Program-made: the position numbers and the translations under genes | Assembly (NCBI RefSeq): GCF_001194135.2 | Contig: NC_068984.1 | Location: 43,052,185 to 43,116,184, forward strand | DNA: 64,000 bases | From: Octopus bimaculoides | Taxonomy: Eukaryota | Direction: 5' to 3' | Shown here: in pieces, positions 22,620 through 36,600 of the stretch | Position numbering within the stretch: position 1 is the stretch's first letter | How the letters are laid out: every line of letters begins with the position of its first letter | Notes under the pieces: generated by a model | The model's input: only the letters and a program-made list of their open reading frames with translations | Told to the model about the DNA's origin: nothing | The model's database searches: none

Positions 22620-23123
22620 GGTGGAACAACGGTTTTCAAAGCGGTGTCTCCACCACTTGACCCTTTTCTGACCTCTTCTCCTCCATCTAGAATAAAGAAG
22701 ACCGCCAGCTAAATCCTTTGCACTCACTACCCTTCTCCATAGCTATAAAAACAGGAGACCTCCAAGCAAACTTCCTCTTTTTAGTCACCAGCGGTGACGC
22801 CTCGACAGCTTGGTCGCCTGTCGGTGGCGACTGGGCATCTGGGGCCATGGACACAAGCAGGCATACGAGCTCGCATCCTTTTCTCTTTAACACTACCATC
22901 TCTCTCTATATATAAATACTACTATGAGAAAGTGTACATACAGATACAGGCCGAAATTCTTTACTCTGCATGCTTTACGTACAAACTGTTGTACTATTAC
23001 ACTGGCCTACCCGTCGTGGTATGGCAACATATAAAGTAACGGTAAATAAATATTTCTATAAAAATGTTGATCATCTTCATCGTTCAATCAATAACCGTTA
23101 CAATTGGTGACCCTACCGTTACA
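22620..23123 (+). mobile_element. LTR remnant of another family, ending CCGTTACA and followed by a truncated tRNA-Trp PBS
   Basis: ...accgttaca-attggtgaccct-accgttaca (23094-23123); internal TATAAA and AATAAA; 5' boundary uncertain. Confidence 0.55.
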
Positions 23124-24449
23124 GATGTGTGTGCTAAATTCAGACACAGTCCGTTTTCCTTACTAAGCCAAAGAATGTGCCCTTGCCATGGATCACTCCA
23201 CTTCGGTTACAGGATACAAACCACTGGTTTCTGAGACTTGTACAAGAAACCTTTAAGATTTTTGGCAAAGCCCTGCACCTGAGAGTGTTTTTCTTAAGTA
23301 TGCTGTCGTGACTTTGCTTTTCCATTTTATTTAGGACTAATTTTACTAAGATATTGTGAGAGAAGTTTTAGCATATTTTTTTTTATCACACACCATCCAT
23401 GAAAATCTCGGTTTAAAAGAAGAAATAATTCTTACTAGAACACACAGGCTTCATTTTTCATTTAGTTATAAAAACTCTCAAGTGTCTTAATCTTATATAT
23501 GAAAGTGTCGAAGCTAAAAATATGTAAAAGAGTGAAGTTGTTTCATCAATGACGCAACTTCAGTGCTTGTGGAAGTTGGAAGTAAGGGTAGAGTAAAAGT
23601 ACTTTAGATGGAAAGGTTAAAAGGTCAATTTCAGTTACATGTAAGAGAGCTTGTGAGTTCGATAGAAGTTAGTTGAGTTGGATGGGAATTTTCTAACTAT
23701 TCCTCTCCGTAAGTATGTTATGATCCCCAGGCTTATTTATTTGTTTCTTGAAAAGCTAGCGAGATTACGATCGGGTCGTAACACGTTTTTCATTTTTATA
23801 TCCCTTTTTAAAAGAAAAAATATATTAATGGCTATGATTTTGAGTAGCTAAGCCCAGTTGCTTAAAAACTACTAGAATTTCAATTCATAGTATGTGCTGT
23901 TATTTATATCTAACAAGTATTTTCCGTGTTTGCATTCTCTCAGTCACACGTGTTCATTTCATTTAAACGTTCTGCTAAAGTATTGTAGAGTAGACCTACG
24001 GTCGTCGTTTTATTGCTGTGTAACCTCGGTCAACCCCTATGGAAATGACCTATTGTTATGTTTCGTTGTTGTTCGATATGTAGCCCCAATCAACCTGTAT
24101 CAAGCAGGCCTATGGTTAAATTTTGTTGCTGTGCAGCCCTTGTCAGTCCCGATCGAGATCTACCGTTGTTTTGTTGTAAAGATATCACTCTGCTTTTGTT
24201 TCGTATTATCTATTTATTTCATGTGATAAGCAATAAAAAAAAAGCATAATACTCTTTATATTATTCTCTTTCTTTCTATCACGCCTTCTCTCTAATACTA
24301 TCTGTATATCCTTTATCTTTCTTTTGTTTTTTTACCTCCTTCTATTGACTAACCAACTTTCTTTCTTCTTTTACTTCTGTCTTTAACCTTAGCCAGCTTC
24401 AAGTTCGGTTTACACCGAATTCACCTCAGTTGTAATTGCAGGGCGATAG

Positions 24450-24458
24450 TCGGAAGTG
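24450..24458 (+). promoter_or_regulatory. ETS/GABP-like site just upstream of the DHTKD1 ATG
   Basis: tCGGAAGTG ending 12 nt before the start codon; motif match only. Confidence 0.3.
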
Positions 24459-24470
24459 GACGACTGAAAA

Positions 24471-24600
24471 ATGTTGATGCTTCCACGGAGGCTTCTGAGA
24501 CAGAATTGGCTTGCAACTAAACTACAGTCCACTGCAGCTTACCACTCCAAAAGTGGGGTGTATGGCTATAGACCACGCAACAAATCAACATCTGAAGAAG
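24471..24600 (+). CDS. DHTKD1: DHTKD1 coding exon 1 (mitochondrial presequence + GVYGYRPR)
   Basis: gaaaaATG start; [43 protein letters not shown]; Arg-rich, acid-free N-terminus; donor G|gtttgc, phase 1, matches exon 2. Not in the ORF track (too short). Confidence 0.88.
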
Positions 24601-27600
24601 GTTTGCATTTGAATCTATAAACACAACCTCATTGGATGTGTTTCCAGTTTTCTCTGTGCATGCATACTAGATGCGTGTGTGTCTGTATGTAAGATGTGTG
24701 TATACCGTCTAAGAATCCATAAGTCATAAAAAATATGCACTCGTATATTTGCCACTATAGTGAGTATCTTAATCGAAGTGCACATTATTTACCGTATTAT
24801 ATATCCATTACTGTTCACATAATCGAGTTGAATCCCTAGTGCGAAACCGATTGGTAAGATCGGCGGTAATGGATATATGATATTGTACACTTCGATTAAC
24901 ATATATATATATATGTATATAATTACATAGTATATGTTATAGAATGTTTGTAAGCTATATGCATACATATGTACACACGTATCGATGTACGGGATATAAA
25001 TTTATGTTCAATTGACATATGTTTCTTATACGGATTATGTGTGTTGTAAACAAAGCTGCTAAATCTCTGTTTGTGACTGTGTACATACAATCGATGTGAT
25101 GAACATAGGCTATAGCTACAGGTTGTACAAAGAAAATATACATAAAATATATGCATGTGTATCACAGCACAGTAGTGATCATAGTAGTAATACTGCTACT
25201 AGGGTGGCAACTGTAATATTCTGACATTCTTTTATTATCATTATCATTTTTATTAATCAGCTACAATGAAGAAATGGAAAAATAACGGTAGGGCACTGAA
25301 CTACGTATACAGTTCTATATGTCTACGTTGAATCCAGACTCTGAAATTCGCGCTTTCAAGGGCGATAAAGTAAATTCCGGTTGTATAGTCGAAATGATAT
25401 CAGTCATATCTAACCTCTAAACGGAAAAAGAAAAGAAAATATCTCTTAGCGGTATAACATATACAAGTTTTGTTGGCTTTTGTGTCGGCCAGACCCTCTA
25501 TCAAGATAATAACACCAGCTGTCCTAGCATCCCTTTTAATGTAGTCGCTTTTCATATGTTAAAACGTGCTGAAATTCCGATTGTAATTAAAAGAAAAACA
25601 AACAAACGAGTTGAAAGGTGACTGAAATATATTTTGGCCGAAAAAAATATATTGACTTTTAACAAAGAAAGAATATTTTTTAAATTCATGTTTGTAGCCT
25701 TCTTTCTGTTGAATATATAAGCTGTAGCTTAGGTTATCTAAAACTTTCGGTTACCCTTTTTATCACCTTCATCGGATTCTGCTATCGGCAATTCAATAGT
25801 AATTTTAAAGTATTTAATTACATTTTTCTCCATTTGGAGTTCGAATTTCGCGAAAGTCGACGTTACCAAACATACTTGCAATAAGAGCCTCTACCAGGCC
25901 TATTGGCCTGCTAAAAATAGCAGCCAAATTTACGCTTTAGAAAAACGGAAAGAATGGTTATAGGTCTGCGTGTTCAGTACTGGCGTAGGGCGAAATAGCG
26001 ATGACCCATTCCCCCACTTCAAATATAGGTTTGCTGACTAGTTGAGCCATTCCCTTTTATACAATGTACTAATCACCCTTTAACAAGGATGAAATTTGAT
26101 TAGTTCAATGGAAGAAAGAACTTAATTCGTTTTCCCCTTAAAAATTTGTTCCCATATAAAAGAAATAGTTATTGTATAAGTAGTAAAAAATTCGACCTAG
26201 TAGATTATATATTCGGTACCCACTTTTGTGAGTTCGAATATCAGTGGTAGAATTTTGTATCATGTTCCTCCGGGGTGTAATGTAATAAACACTAGTAGAC
26301 GACAGAAGCATGTGTTGTGATCATCAAAAATCAGATCTTCCAATTTGGTTGGGTCGGGGGAACGAACCCGGTCAGTGAAGAGTAAAATCTTTTATGAGAA
26401 CTTACGTACTTTATTTTATTTTTATATTTGATTTGAAGAATAATTAATCCTTTATTTGAAATTGATAAGCTCTGAATTGATTAAATTGATATTTATTGAA
26501 ACAAAATACATCTAAAACGGAATAATTTTTTGTTTTTAAAATCTGTATTCATTATTGAATAGCTCATAACATAAATTGCTTTATGGATCAAATTCTTAAT
26601 TCAAAAGTATTTAAAATTTGTGACACCTGCAGTTACATAGGAGTATTCAGGTAGGACTTTTTAAGCTGCATGTAATTTGAACCAGTCTGCTCTCTTGTAT
26701 TTTATTCATTGAAGCTATATAAGCTACGAAGTGTGCACTTCTGCATATATTTTTGTCCGTTTAAGGTATCAAATGTGCACTTTATATTTTTGTCCGCTTA
26801 CTGGTTACGCAGCTCGCTCACTGATTACAAGCAATACTGAATAAGTTTTATCATACAGTAGTTAATGAGACAAATTATCATAGAATCGATTGTACATCCT
26901 TTCCTGGAGTTTTTCATCCTATCTTGGTATCTAAGAAAGATACATCTTATTCGTGTTCTGTAGAAATCAGTCTCGATTTCATCCTGCGAATTTACCACAA
27001 TTTCAAATGTTTTCATTTTTTTTTTCTTAATCATTGTTGAGTAAAATGGAAAATTTTATATCTACTTTATGTAATAACGATAATAATGATTTCTTAGTGT
27101 AAGGTTTTGAGGATTGTCATGAAGTATATTCAATGAATATTATTCAACTCTAAAATAAATAAAAAACAAGTTGACACATCAATTTGAACGCAGAACAACG
27201 AAGAACTGATCTTATAGCTTTTTAAATAAATCCTTATCTATTGACAAATCATTTGCTATTCACGACAACAAAATATTTCCTACAGTCATTCGTGCCTTTT
27301 TCTTTTTCTTTATTAAACGAAAGACAATAAATTATAATTATAATAATAATAGTCGCTCTAGTTCTTTGGTTTATTGGATATTTATCGTGAATGCACCGGT
27401 ATGCAAGATATTTTAGTGCATCAGTTGTTAACACGCGCAGTTGTGCAGCGGATATACTCACACATTGTGCTAGGTCAATAAGCAGGTGCTGCAGTTTTAC
27501 TACCAAATATATTTATCACGACCACATACACTCCTAATTGAATCCCCATAAATCATACCCTACCCGCCTTTAAAAAAATGAATAATGTAGTTTCTGCAGT

Positions 27601-30600
27601 ATTTTTACAACTTTATTCGTTCTAGTTTTAATTTAATGTGCCCTAAGTTTCGGACGTGATAGCCACCCATTATTTAGCGACCTGATATCTATTATTTATT
27701 AGAAATATATATAAAGTTAAAATTAAAGTAACCTGACTAGTTTATGATACCAATTAAATTTAATTCAAGTTTCCTAATGCATCTTTCCCCCTCTTTTTGC
27801 ATAATTTCAGCCACTTTGTTTTGGCAAATTAGTTAATTTGAGATCATATGCTGGAAGCTGAAACAATCGCATCATTAGAGGAGGCATTTTATCTTCAAGA
27901 GTATAGAAGATCTGTTCTTTAAGTTCATAACAGTATTGTCTATTGTGAAGTGTTAAAAAGTTTCGTCGGACTTCAGTGACCTGGTCAGACACCTTTCCAC
28001 TGGATCTCAGTTCTTAAACCTTTTGTTACCCTATTTCGACTGGAAAGAGTTGACACGTCAGCTTTCGTTTTTCTGTTGAAACATACTGTTTTTGTTTAAA
28101 TCAATTTTGAAATTTTATTGAAAGGTTTCAATTTAAAACAGGAAGTTTGTATCATAGGACCAAGGGCAGTTTCAGACAAGTTGGTATCAAAAACTTTAAA
28201 GGCTAAAATAACTCACCCATAATGTAGTTGTTACCTAGCTGATGTTTTTTGGGAAATTAATGAATTAAATAAGTCAGTCTTCTATATGACAAATAAAATA
28301 ATTTCTAATTATTGTTTTATATTCATTACATATATGGTCAATATTTGTAGAGAGGGAGAGTAGTTTAACTCCATTTTAAAATTTCACGAAGCTTCTAAGC
28401 AGTCACTTAACTTAGAGGAAAATGCAGCCAAATTTCCCTCAAATGCCACCTTATTATCTTAAAGGATACATAAGACAATGTAACCCCTGATATACAAAAA
28501 GACAGGATGGTCACAGTTGGAATTCCTTTGATTATGTAATGTGCTTGATCAGAGCTTACCGGAACAACAAATGCTACTGAGGTAACCACTATACAGTTAT
28601 TTGAGCTTCTAGAAATAGCAGCCAAATCTTCTTTATTACACATTATATTTTAAAAAAGAACACATTGGATAATGTAGTCCTAGATATCCTATACTTGAAC
28701 ATAGAAGACAGGACATTCACAACAGGAATGGCTTTGATCATGTGCCTGCTCAATTAGAACTGATTTGGAATTAAGCAACAACTTTTTATCTTCACTTCAT
28801 TCTTCATACTCACCCCCATGTAATTCTTTAACCCTTTAGCATTCAGAATATTCTGTCAAAAGTAATGCTTATTTATTCACTCATTTTGAACGGCCACGCT
28901 CAAAATGGTGCATCTCATGTGCCACCCGCACAAGAGCCAGTCCAGGGGCACTGGCAACGATCTTACTTGCCAGTGCCCCTGGACTGGCTCTTGTGCGGAT
29001 GGTGCATCTCATGTGCCANNNNNNNNNNNNNNNNNNNNNNNNNNNNNNNNNNNNNNNNNNNNNNNNNNNNNNNNNNNNNNNNNNNNNNNNNNNNNNNNNN
29101 NNNNNNNNNNNNNNNNNNNNNNNNNNNNNNNNNNNNNNNNNNNNNNNNNNNNNNNNNNNNNNNNNNNNNNNNNNNNNNNNNNNNNNNNNNNNNNNNNNNN
29201 NNNNNNNNNNNNNNNNNNNNNNNNNNNNNCCCGTAGGATTTTCGAGCGAGATCGTTGCCAGTGCCCCTGGACTGGCTTGTGCGAGTGGCACATAAAAGAC
29301 ACCATTTCGAGCGTGGCCGTTTTCGTGCGGGTGACATGTAAAAGCACCCACTACACTCTCTGAGTGGTTGGCGTTAGGAAGGGCATCCAGCTGTAGAAAC
29401 TCTGCCAAATTAGATTGGAGCCTGGTGTTGCCATCCGGTTTCACCAGTCCTCAGTCAAATCGTTCAACCCATGCTAGCATGGAAAGCGGACGTTAAACGA
29501 TGATGATGATGATGATGATTGTTTTGAATTAATCATGTACTGTTTTGTAACTATGAGATTTTGTTGAGGTAACTGTTAATTTTTTAGAATGATATTGTAG
29601 GGTTGGTGTGAGGAACCAGAGATGGCCAGTTTGAACATAAAACATAGAATAATTGAGCCAAATATGGCTGGTTTAAATGCTAAAGGGTCAAGATTCTACA
29701 AAGCTGAAATGAGACCCACAATATAAAATTGCTTCTACACATAGCGGACGTTAAACGACGAACATACAAACATCCTTCTTTGCATTGAAAAATGCCATTT
29801 GGCTGCTTGATGTGCTGTTGATCTGCTACCTCAGACATGCTATGTATTCTTTTTCTTCTGTCACCAGCTAGTGCCCCATCCCGTTTTCATCTTAGAACTG
29901 AAAGTTTTGTGCCACCTCCAATCATGAACATTTAACATACCTATCTGCTTTCCTCTCATCAGCCATATTGTGTCTGAATGACAGCTGAAAATTCAAGATC
30001 TTTGGTTTTCTTTCTGCAGTTATTCACGAAAATATAATCCTCAACTCTTAAAATGTTCAAACTTTTAATTCATATATATTGGTGTACTTGCCAGGCAAGT
30101 GATTACAACATGGATGCCATATTAGCCATTCAAAAACACCAAGACTTTATTATTACTTTGTCTTTTTGAATCATTAATACGTGTCTTCCACACTAATTAT
30201 GTGTTTACAAGTTACTTAACAGCCTTGTGAGCACAAATACTGTAAAATATGTATCCAGTACACTCTGTAAGGTGGCTACTATTAGGAAGGGTATCCAACT
30301 GTAGATGACCCTGCCAGAACAGATACTGAAGCTCAACACAATTGACAGACTTATGTCCTTTCAAAACGTTCTACCCATGCCAGCATAGAAGGTAGCTTTT
30401 AAATGATGATGATATATATGTGCACAGGCATCGCTTTGTGGTAGTTAAGAAACTTGCTTTGCAACCACATTGTTCCTAGTTTAGTCCAATGCACTGCACC
30501 TTGGTTGGATAAGTGTCTTCTACTATAGCCCCGAGCTGACCAATACCCTGTAAGTAAATTTGATAGACAGAAACTATATATATATATATATATATATTGT

Positions 30601-33600
30601 TATTTCTCGTAAGAAATCACAACTACCCTGTTTTGAACTCTACAAACACGAGGCTTTATTAAGAGAAACAACAATAAACTCCCTGTCTGGCACCAATGGG
30701 AGTGGTGGGTTACCAGACAACTGAATTTTCCAGATGTTTGATCATCAGTTTTAAATTATCATACAAAAATTTATTAAAATTCTATATATACATCAGTATA
30801 AGCATTAGTCTTCTGAATATACATAGAAATGAGAGAAATAGGAAGGAATATAAAAATATAATTTAAGTAAAGAATAAGCTTTATTAACCTTTTAGCATTT
30901 AAATTAGCCATATCCAGCCAAAATCTTGTACCTTTTGTATGTTCTAGCTGGCCAGATCTGGCCTCTCACACCTATGTTACAATGTCATTATAAAAATTAA
31001 ACAATTGCATCATTGAAATCTTCAAGCTACAATTTGAATAAATAAGCATGACAGAGTAATCCAGGTATTAAATGGTTAACCCAGACAAATAGGAGTACTG
31101 TAAATGCAGCAAAATTGAATAGTCTACTGTACTTTGAGAAACAACTATCCATTTTAGCTACAGTAGAAACAAGCTTTCTTTTAATGACAATGAATACAAA
31201 GTAGCACAAATTCTCTTAATTCTAATTAACAATACATCTTCTTTTAATTTTTTTTCTGGTTGCTTGAAAGTTTCAGTTATTTGAGTACTGGATAAGAGGA
31301 GTTTACTGTGTATAAGTTTTGGTGAGAAAGAAAACATAAAAGAAAGGGGCTTTGAGTGAGTGAGAAAGTAGGAGTTAGCATGGAAAGAAATGCAATAGCA
31401 ATTAGCATTTGTGATGTGGGTTGATATGCATCAGATGAATGGTTAAATAGTCAATAGTAGATGCATGAAAGATATGCTGCATGTTATGCAACAAAGAAAT
31501 GGGTTTGTAAATTTGTTTTCATTTGTTCAAATCTAAATAAGTGGGGTGTGTCACTCTGTATACTCCTTATTAGCATATGTAACTATTGTGTTGTCAGTTG
31601 TCATAATAAAGAGTAGAAGGAAAGGGTTTGGTAATCTTGGTACAGCTGATGTACCTTCTGAATTACTAATCTGTAAAGGCTGACACATGGATGGATGGGC
31701 AGGAAAAATACCTTAAAGATGCAATATTTGAAGAGTGACTCCTAACAGTGTATTATTTAACACTAAGATGGGGCAATGCAGAAATTGATATTTTGTTCAG
31801 CTCTCAATAAAAAGCCAGTACAAAAGTAAATATACAATTATGATAATGATAATTAGCTAGCTGTGTTAAGTAGCTTGTTTACCAACCACATGGTTCCGGG
31901 TTCAGTCCCACTGCGTGGCACCTTGGGCAAGTGTCTTCTACTATAGCCTCGGGCCGACCAAAGCCTTGTGAGTGGATTTGGTAGACGGAAACTGAAAGAA
32001 GCCCGTCGTATATATATGTATATATAGATACATGTGTGTGTATGTTTGTGTGTCTGTGTTCGTCCCCCCAACATCGCTTGATAACTGATGCTGGTGTGTT
32101 TACGTCCCCGTAACTTAGTGGTTCGGCAAAAGAGACCAATAGAATAAGTACTAGGCTTACAAAGAATAAGTCCTGGGGTCAATTTGCTCGACTAAAGGCG
32201 GTGCTCCAGCATGGCCGCAGTCAAATGACTGAAACAAGTAAAAGAGTAAAAGAGAGTAAAGAGTGAGCAAACAGTTCCACAAATCAATATTAGATATATG
32301 AAAAAAAAGTGATGCTAATTACACAAATGCCATCATCATCATCATCCATCCATCCACTTTTTCATGCTGGTATGGGTCAGCTGGAGCTTATTTTGAAGCA
32401 GAGTTTTCTTTGGCAGGATGCCCTTCCTGTTGCCAACCTTCATCTGTTTTCAAGTAAAGTAATAGTTCCCCATGGCCAGACATGCTTTCACAGAATATTG
32501 ACAATAAATGACACTATTTGTATGACAGTAACATTCATTTACAACTATCATAATGTCATGAAAAGGAGACATAAACACACACACACAATGGGTTTTTAGT
32601 TTCTGTCTACTAAATCTACTTGCAAGGTTTTGGTTGACCTAGGGCTATAGGAGAAGACACTTGCCCAAGATACCATGCAGTGGGACTGAACCCAGAACCA
32701 TATGGTTGGGAAGCTAACTTCTTACCGCACAGCTACACAAAGAAAGATCTAGAAATACAAATTTGATTAGAAGATCAAAACATTAACTCGATGATTAGTT
32801 TTGTAATAATTTTGGCAAGTATGGTTGATAACATCAAGCATGTTTTAACTTATTACACCTCATCAGCTAAGCGTAGATGTCACCATACTTGCCAAAGTAG
32901 TAACAAGAGAATCACTAAGTGCTATTACAGTTTTATAACCCAACTAGATGTTTAACCCTTTAGCATTCAGATTTCTTTGTCAAATGTAATACTCATTTAT
33001 TCACATTGTTTTGAATTAGTCACACATTATCTTGTAGCTTTAAGATTTCAATGGTGTGTTTGTATGTTTTTAGAATGACATTGTAGGGTAGGTGTGAGAA
33101 ATAGGATGTGGTCAGTTTTAACATAAAACAGGTTGAATATTTGGGCCAGATTAAATGTTAAAGGGTTAAAAAAAGAATACTGAATTTAATTCCTCAAATG
33201 TCATTTGCCAACCCACCATGTTATACCCCACCATTTTCTTACTCTTCATTAAATGTTAACCCATACTTAAATATGTTAACCTTTACTTCTCATAAACACA
33301 ATGTTTATGAGAAATGGTATTAGTGCAGGTGTGGCTGTGTGGTAAGAAGTTTGCTTCCCAGCCACATATCTGACCCTTGTAAGCATGAAAAAACAGATGT
33401 TAAATGATGATGATGATTGATATATATAATATGTGTGTGTGTGTGTTGGGGTACATTTCTCACAATAAAACTACAAAGAAATAAAAGTAAAGTTAAGATA
33501 ATATAAGAAGAGAGAAAGAGTATGACAGGTTTTTTATAAATGCTTGTATTTATTTTCCTGTGTGTAATTTATGATAACAGATAACACAAATAATTAGAAC

Positions 33601-36600
33601 ATATTGCTAATTTAATATGACTGACATGTGTCCTCCTTTGAGAAGCCAATCTAAATTTTGATTTTCACATGATAAGAGTCCAAACCAATATGCATAGTAA
33701 TCTTTTGTTTTTTTCTGCCAGGAATGTTTCTTCTTCTTCTTTGGTACCCAGTCTTGTTATGCTGACCTGCTTTATTTATTGCTAACGGTTTCTAGAATGT
33801 AACTCTGTTTACTACATAGCTATTAAAATGCACAGTTAAAGACAATACTACTGTCTTGGCAAAAAGCATTTGTATCTCAGTGTAGGATGATGTGACCTGG
33901 AATGAAGCAGGTGATCTAAAATGATAAATGAAACTGGAGATGTTGTTGAATAAAAACAGGTCATCTCAAATGAATAGTAAAATGAAACTGGATATGGTGT
34001 CTCAGGAAGATCACCCAAATTGAGGTCTTGAGCCACATTTTCATCATCATCATCATCGTTGTTTAACGTCCGCTTTCCATGCTAGCATGGGTTGGACGAT
34101 TTGACTGAGGACTAGTGAAACCAGATGGCTACACCAGGCTCCAATCTGATTTGGCAGAGTTTCTACAGCTGGATGCCCTTCCTAACGCCAACCACTCAGA
34201 GAGTGTAGTGGGTGCTTTTTACGTGCCACCGGCACGAAGGCCAGTCAGGCGGTACTGGCAACGGCCACTCTCAAAATGGTATATTTTATGTGCCACCTGC
34301 ACAAGAGCAAGTCCAGCGGCACTGGCAACGATCTTGCTCGAAAGTCCTTACACATGCCGAGGGCACAAGTGCCAGAAAGGCGACGCTGGGCACAGGTGCC
34401 ATCACAATTTCGCTTTCGCTTGCCCCAATAAGTCTTCGCAAGGCTGAGTTTTGTGTCTAATGAGGGAGACGATGTTGGCATGGGTGCCAGACGTCAAATT
34501 TAACTTGATTTCGATTTCACTTGCCTCAACAGGTCTTCGCAAGTGGAGTTTAATGTCCAATTTAACTCAATTTCGTATTCAGTAAATTAAATGATTAAAA
34601 CAAGAAAATATGATTTAGAATGGGAACCGATATTTTGTACAAACAAAAATAAAAAAAAAAACAGAAGTCACCAAAAAATCCAGCTATGTGATTTAGGGGC
34701 TCACTTTATAGAAACATGTTATCACAAGTTCAATCTTACTTAGCTTTAGGTTGAGCTATACATTGTGAGTGGAATTTAGTTGACAGAAACTATTTAGCAG
34801 CCAGTTATATATAGGTGTGGTGATGCAAACAGGAAAATAGAACTCAAAACATAAATACATATATTTTATTCATAATTTATTCTGATTATTAATAAAATAT
34901 ATATCTTTGAGGGTACATGGTTTAGTGGTTAGGGTCTTTCACTCACAGTCATGAGATTGTGGTTTTGTTTCTTGTGGTCTTGAGCAAAACACTTCATCTC
35001 ACTTTGATCATAAATCTGCTTGATATGGGTTGACTTTGAGCTAAACAACGGTGCAGATGCAAAATTTCAGGGATTTAGAATCAATTTGCATTAAAAATAC
35101 TATAGAAGTCTTCATAATTTGTAAATGAGTTACAGGTTTCCAGCAGGCCAATCACTGGTTAACTATGTCTGATAGTGGCCATGATAAGAGAGTTTGTAAT
35201 TCGATGCAGAACTAATATCTCAAAGGACTTTATAAGTGCTGGTTATTTGGTTATCTGGTTATCTCACTGATGTTCATATCTTATACATTGGTGAAAGAAA
35301 CACATGCAGGTTTAGTGGAACAAAGAAGAGAAATAGCACTCAATACATGTGTGTATATGCCATACTCTAATCTCCCATCACCAGGCATAGAGCCACCTCC
35401 CTCAATACTGTATTCCATTCAATGGCATTCTAATTGTGATCATCCTATCTTTTTGGGGGATGTTTTAAACTGTATTATATTGGGTCATCCCATAAATAAT
35501 GTGGTTTCTTTATACTTCTTTTATTTTTCAAAATTAAGATAAAGTCCTTTTTTGATCTAAAATATACTCTCCTTCATTTTCTACAATTCTCTTCCATCTA
35601 TCTGCTAGACTTGCAAGGTCCCTCTTCCAAAATTCACTTGTCCGTGATGAAGAATACTCCTCCAGTACTGTTCTGACCTTGTCTGCAGAATTCGTATTTT
35701 TTCCATCCAAATGACTTTGAAAAATGCGGAATAAAAAATAATCAGATGGGACAACGTCTGGTGAATATGGTGGGTGGGTGGGGCATCAGTTTCTCATTAA
35801 AACTACTCCAACCCGTATGTGGTTGAGCATTATCCTGATGGAAGAACACCTTTCGTCTTGTAACCAAATATGCTCCTTTGTCACTTCCATTATAGCTTTG
35901 AAAAAATAACTGTTAAAATCGAACTACACTCTTCAAAACTTGCAATAAGAATAAGTACAAGGTAAAATTGCTCCCTGCTTTTATAGCAAGTTGATGCAGG
36001 TAGTTTATCCCACCCACCCCCTCCTAATTTTAGTTCATGCAATTGCAAAAACTACATTATTTATGGGATGACCCAGTATAATGTGTTCTTCCCTGTTTTG
36101 TTAGATTGTAGGGAGTCATATGAGATAAATTTGCCTACTGTTTCTAGCATGTCATTCAACTATACTGAAGCTCTCTTCTTCACTCTCTAGTATTGTCTTG
36201 ATCTATGGTCGAGCTATTTCACTAACTCAGTCCTGCTACTTTTCTTTCTGATTGGTACTGTTGCAATATTTTCACATTCTTTGGAATGTAATGCTAGTAA
36301 AAGTGAAAATCCAATCCCTTTTGGAAGACTAGTTTTGTTTTTGTTTTGTTTTCATCTCTGTTACACTCCAGTTATACTTTTTGCAGTTTATTTTTATCAA
36401 TATTCTTTTTTAATTTAATTTTATATTTTATATTAATTCTAGTGTTATGTTCAGAAACCATTGAAAATCGAATAAAACATAGCAACGCTTATGCCTTGGT
36501 ACAGAACTACCGACGCTATGGCCACAAACTTGCTAAATTGGATCCACTTGGACTTAAAGAAACACAGTAAGTTTTGTAGCAGTGTGTTATTTTCTCCTTT

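Noticed and set aside
31858-31930. tRNA-like heads (also 11148, 32690, 47970)
   Set aside because: SINE heads with A/B-box remnants and no complete cloverleaf; not tRNA genes.
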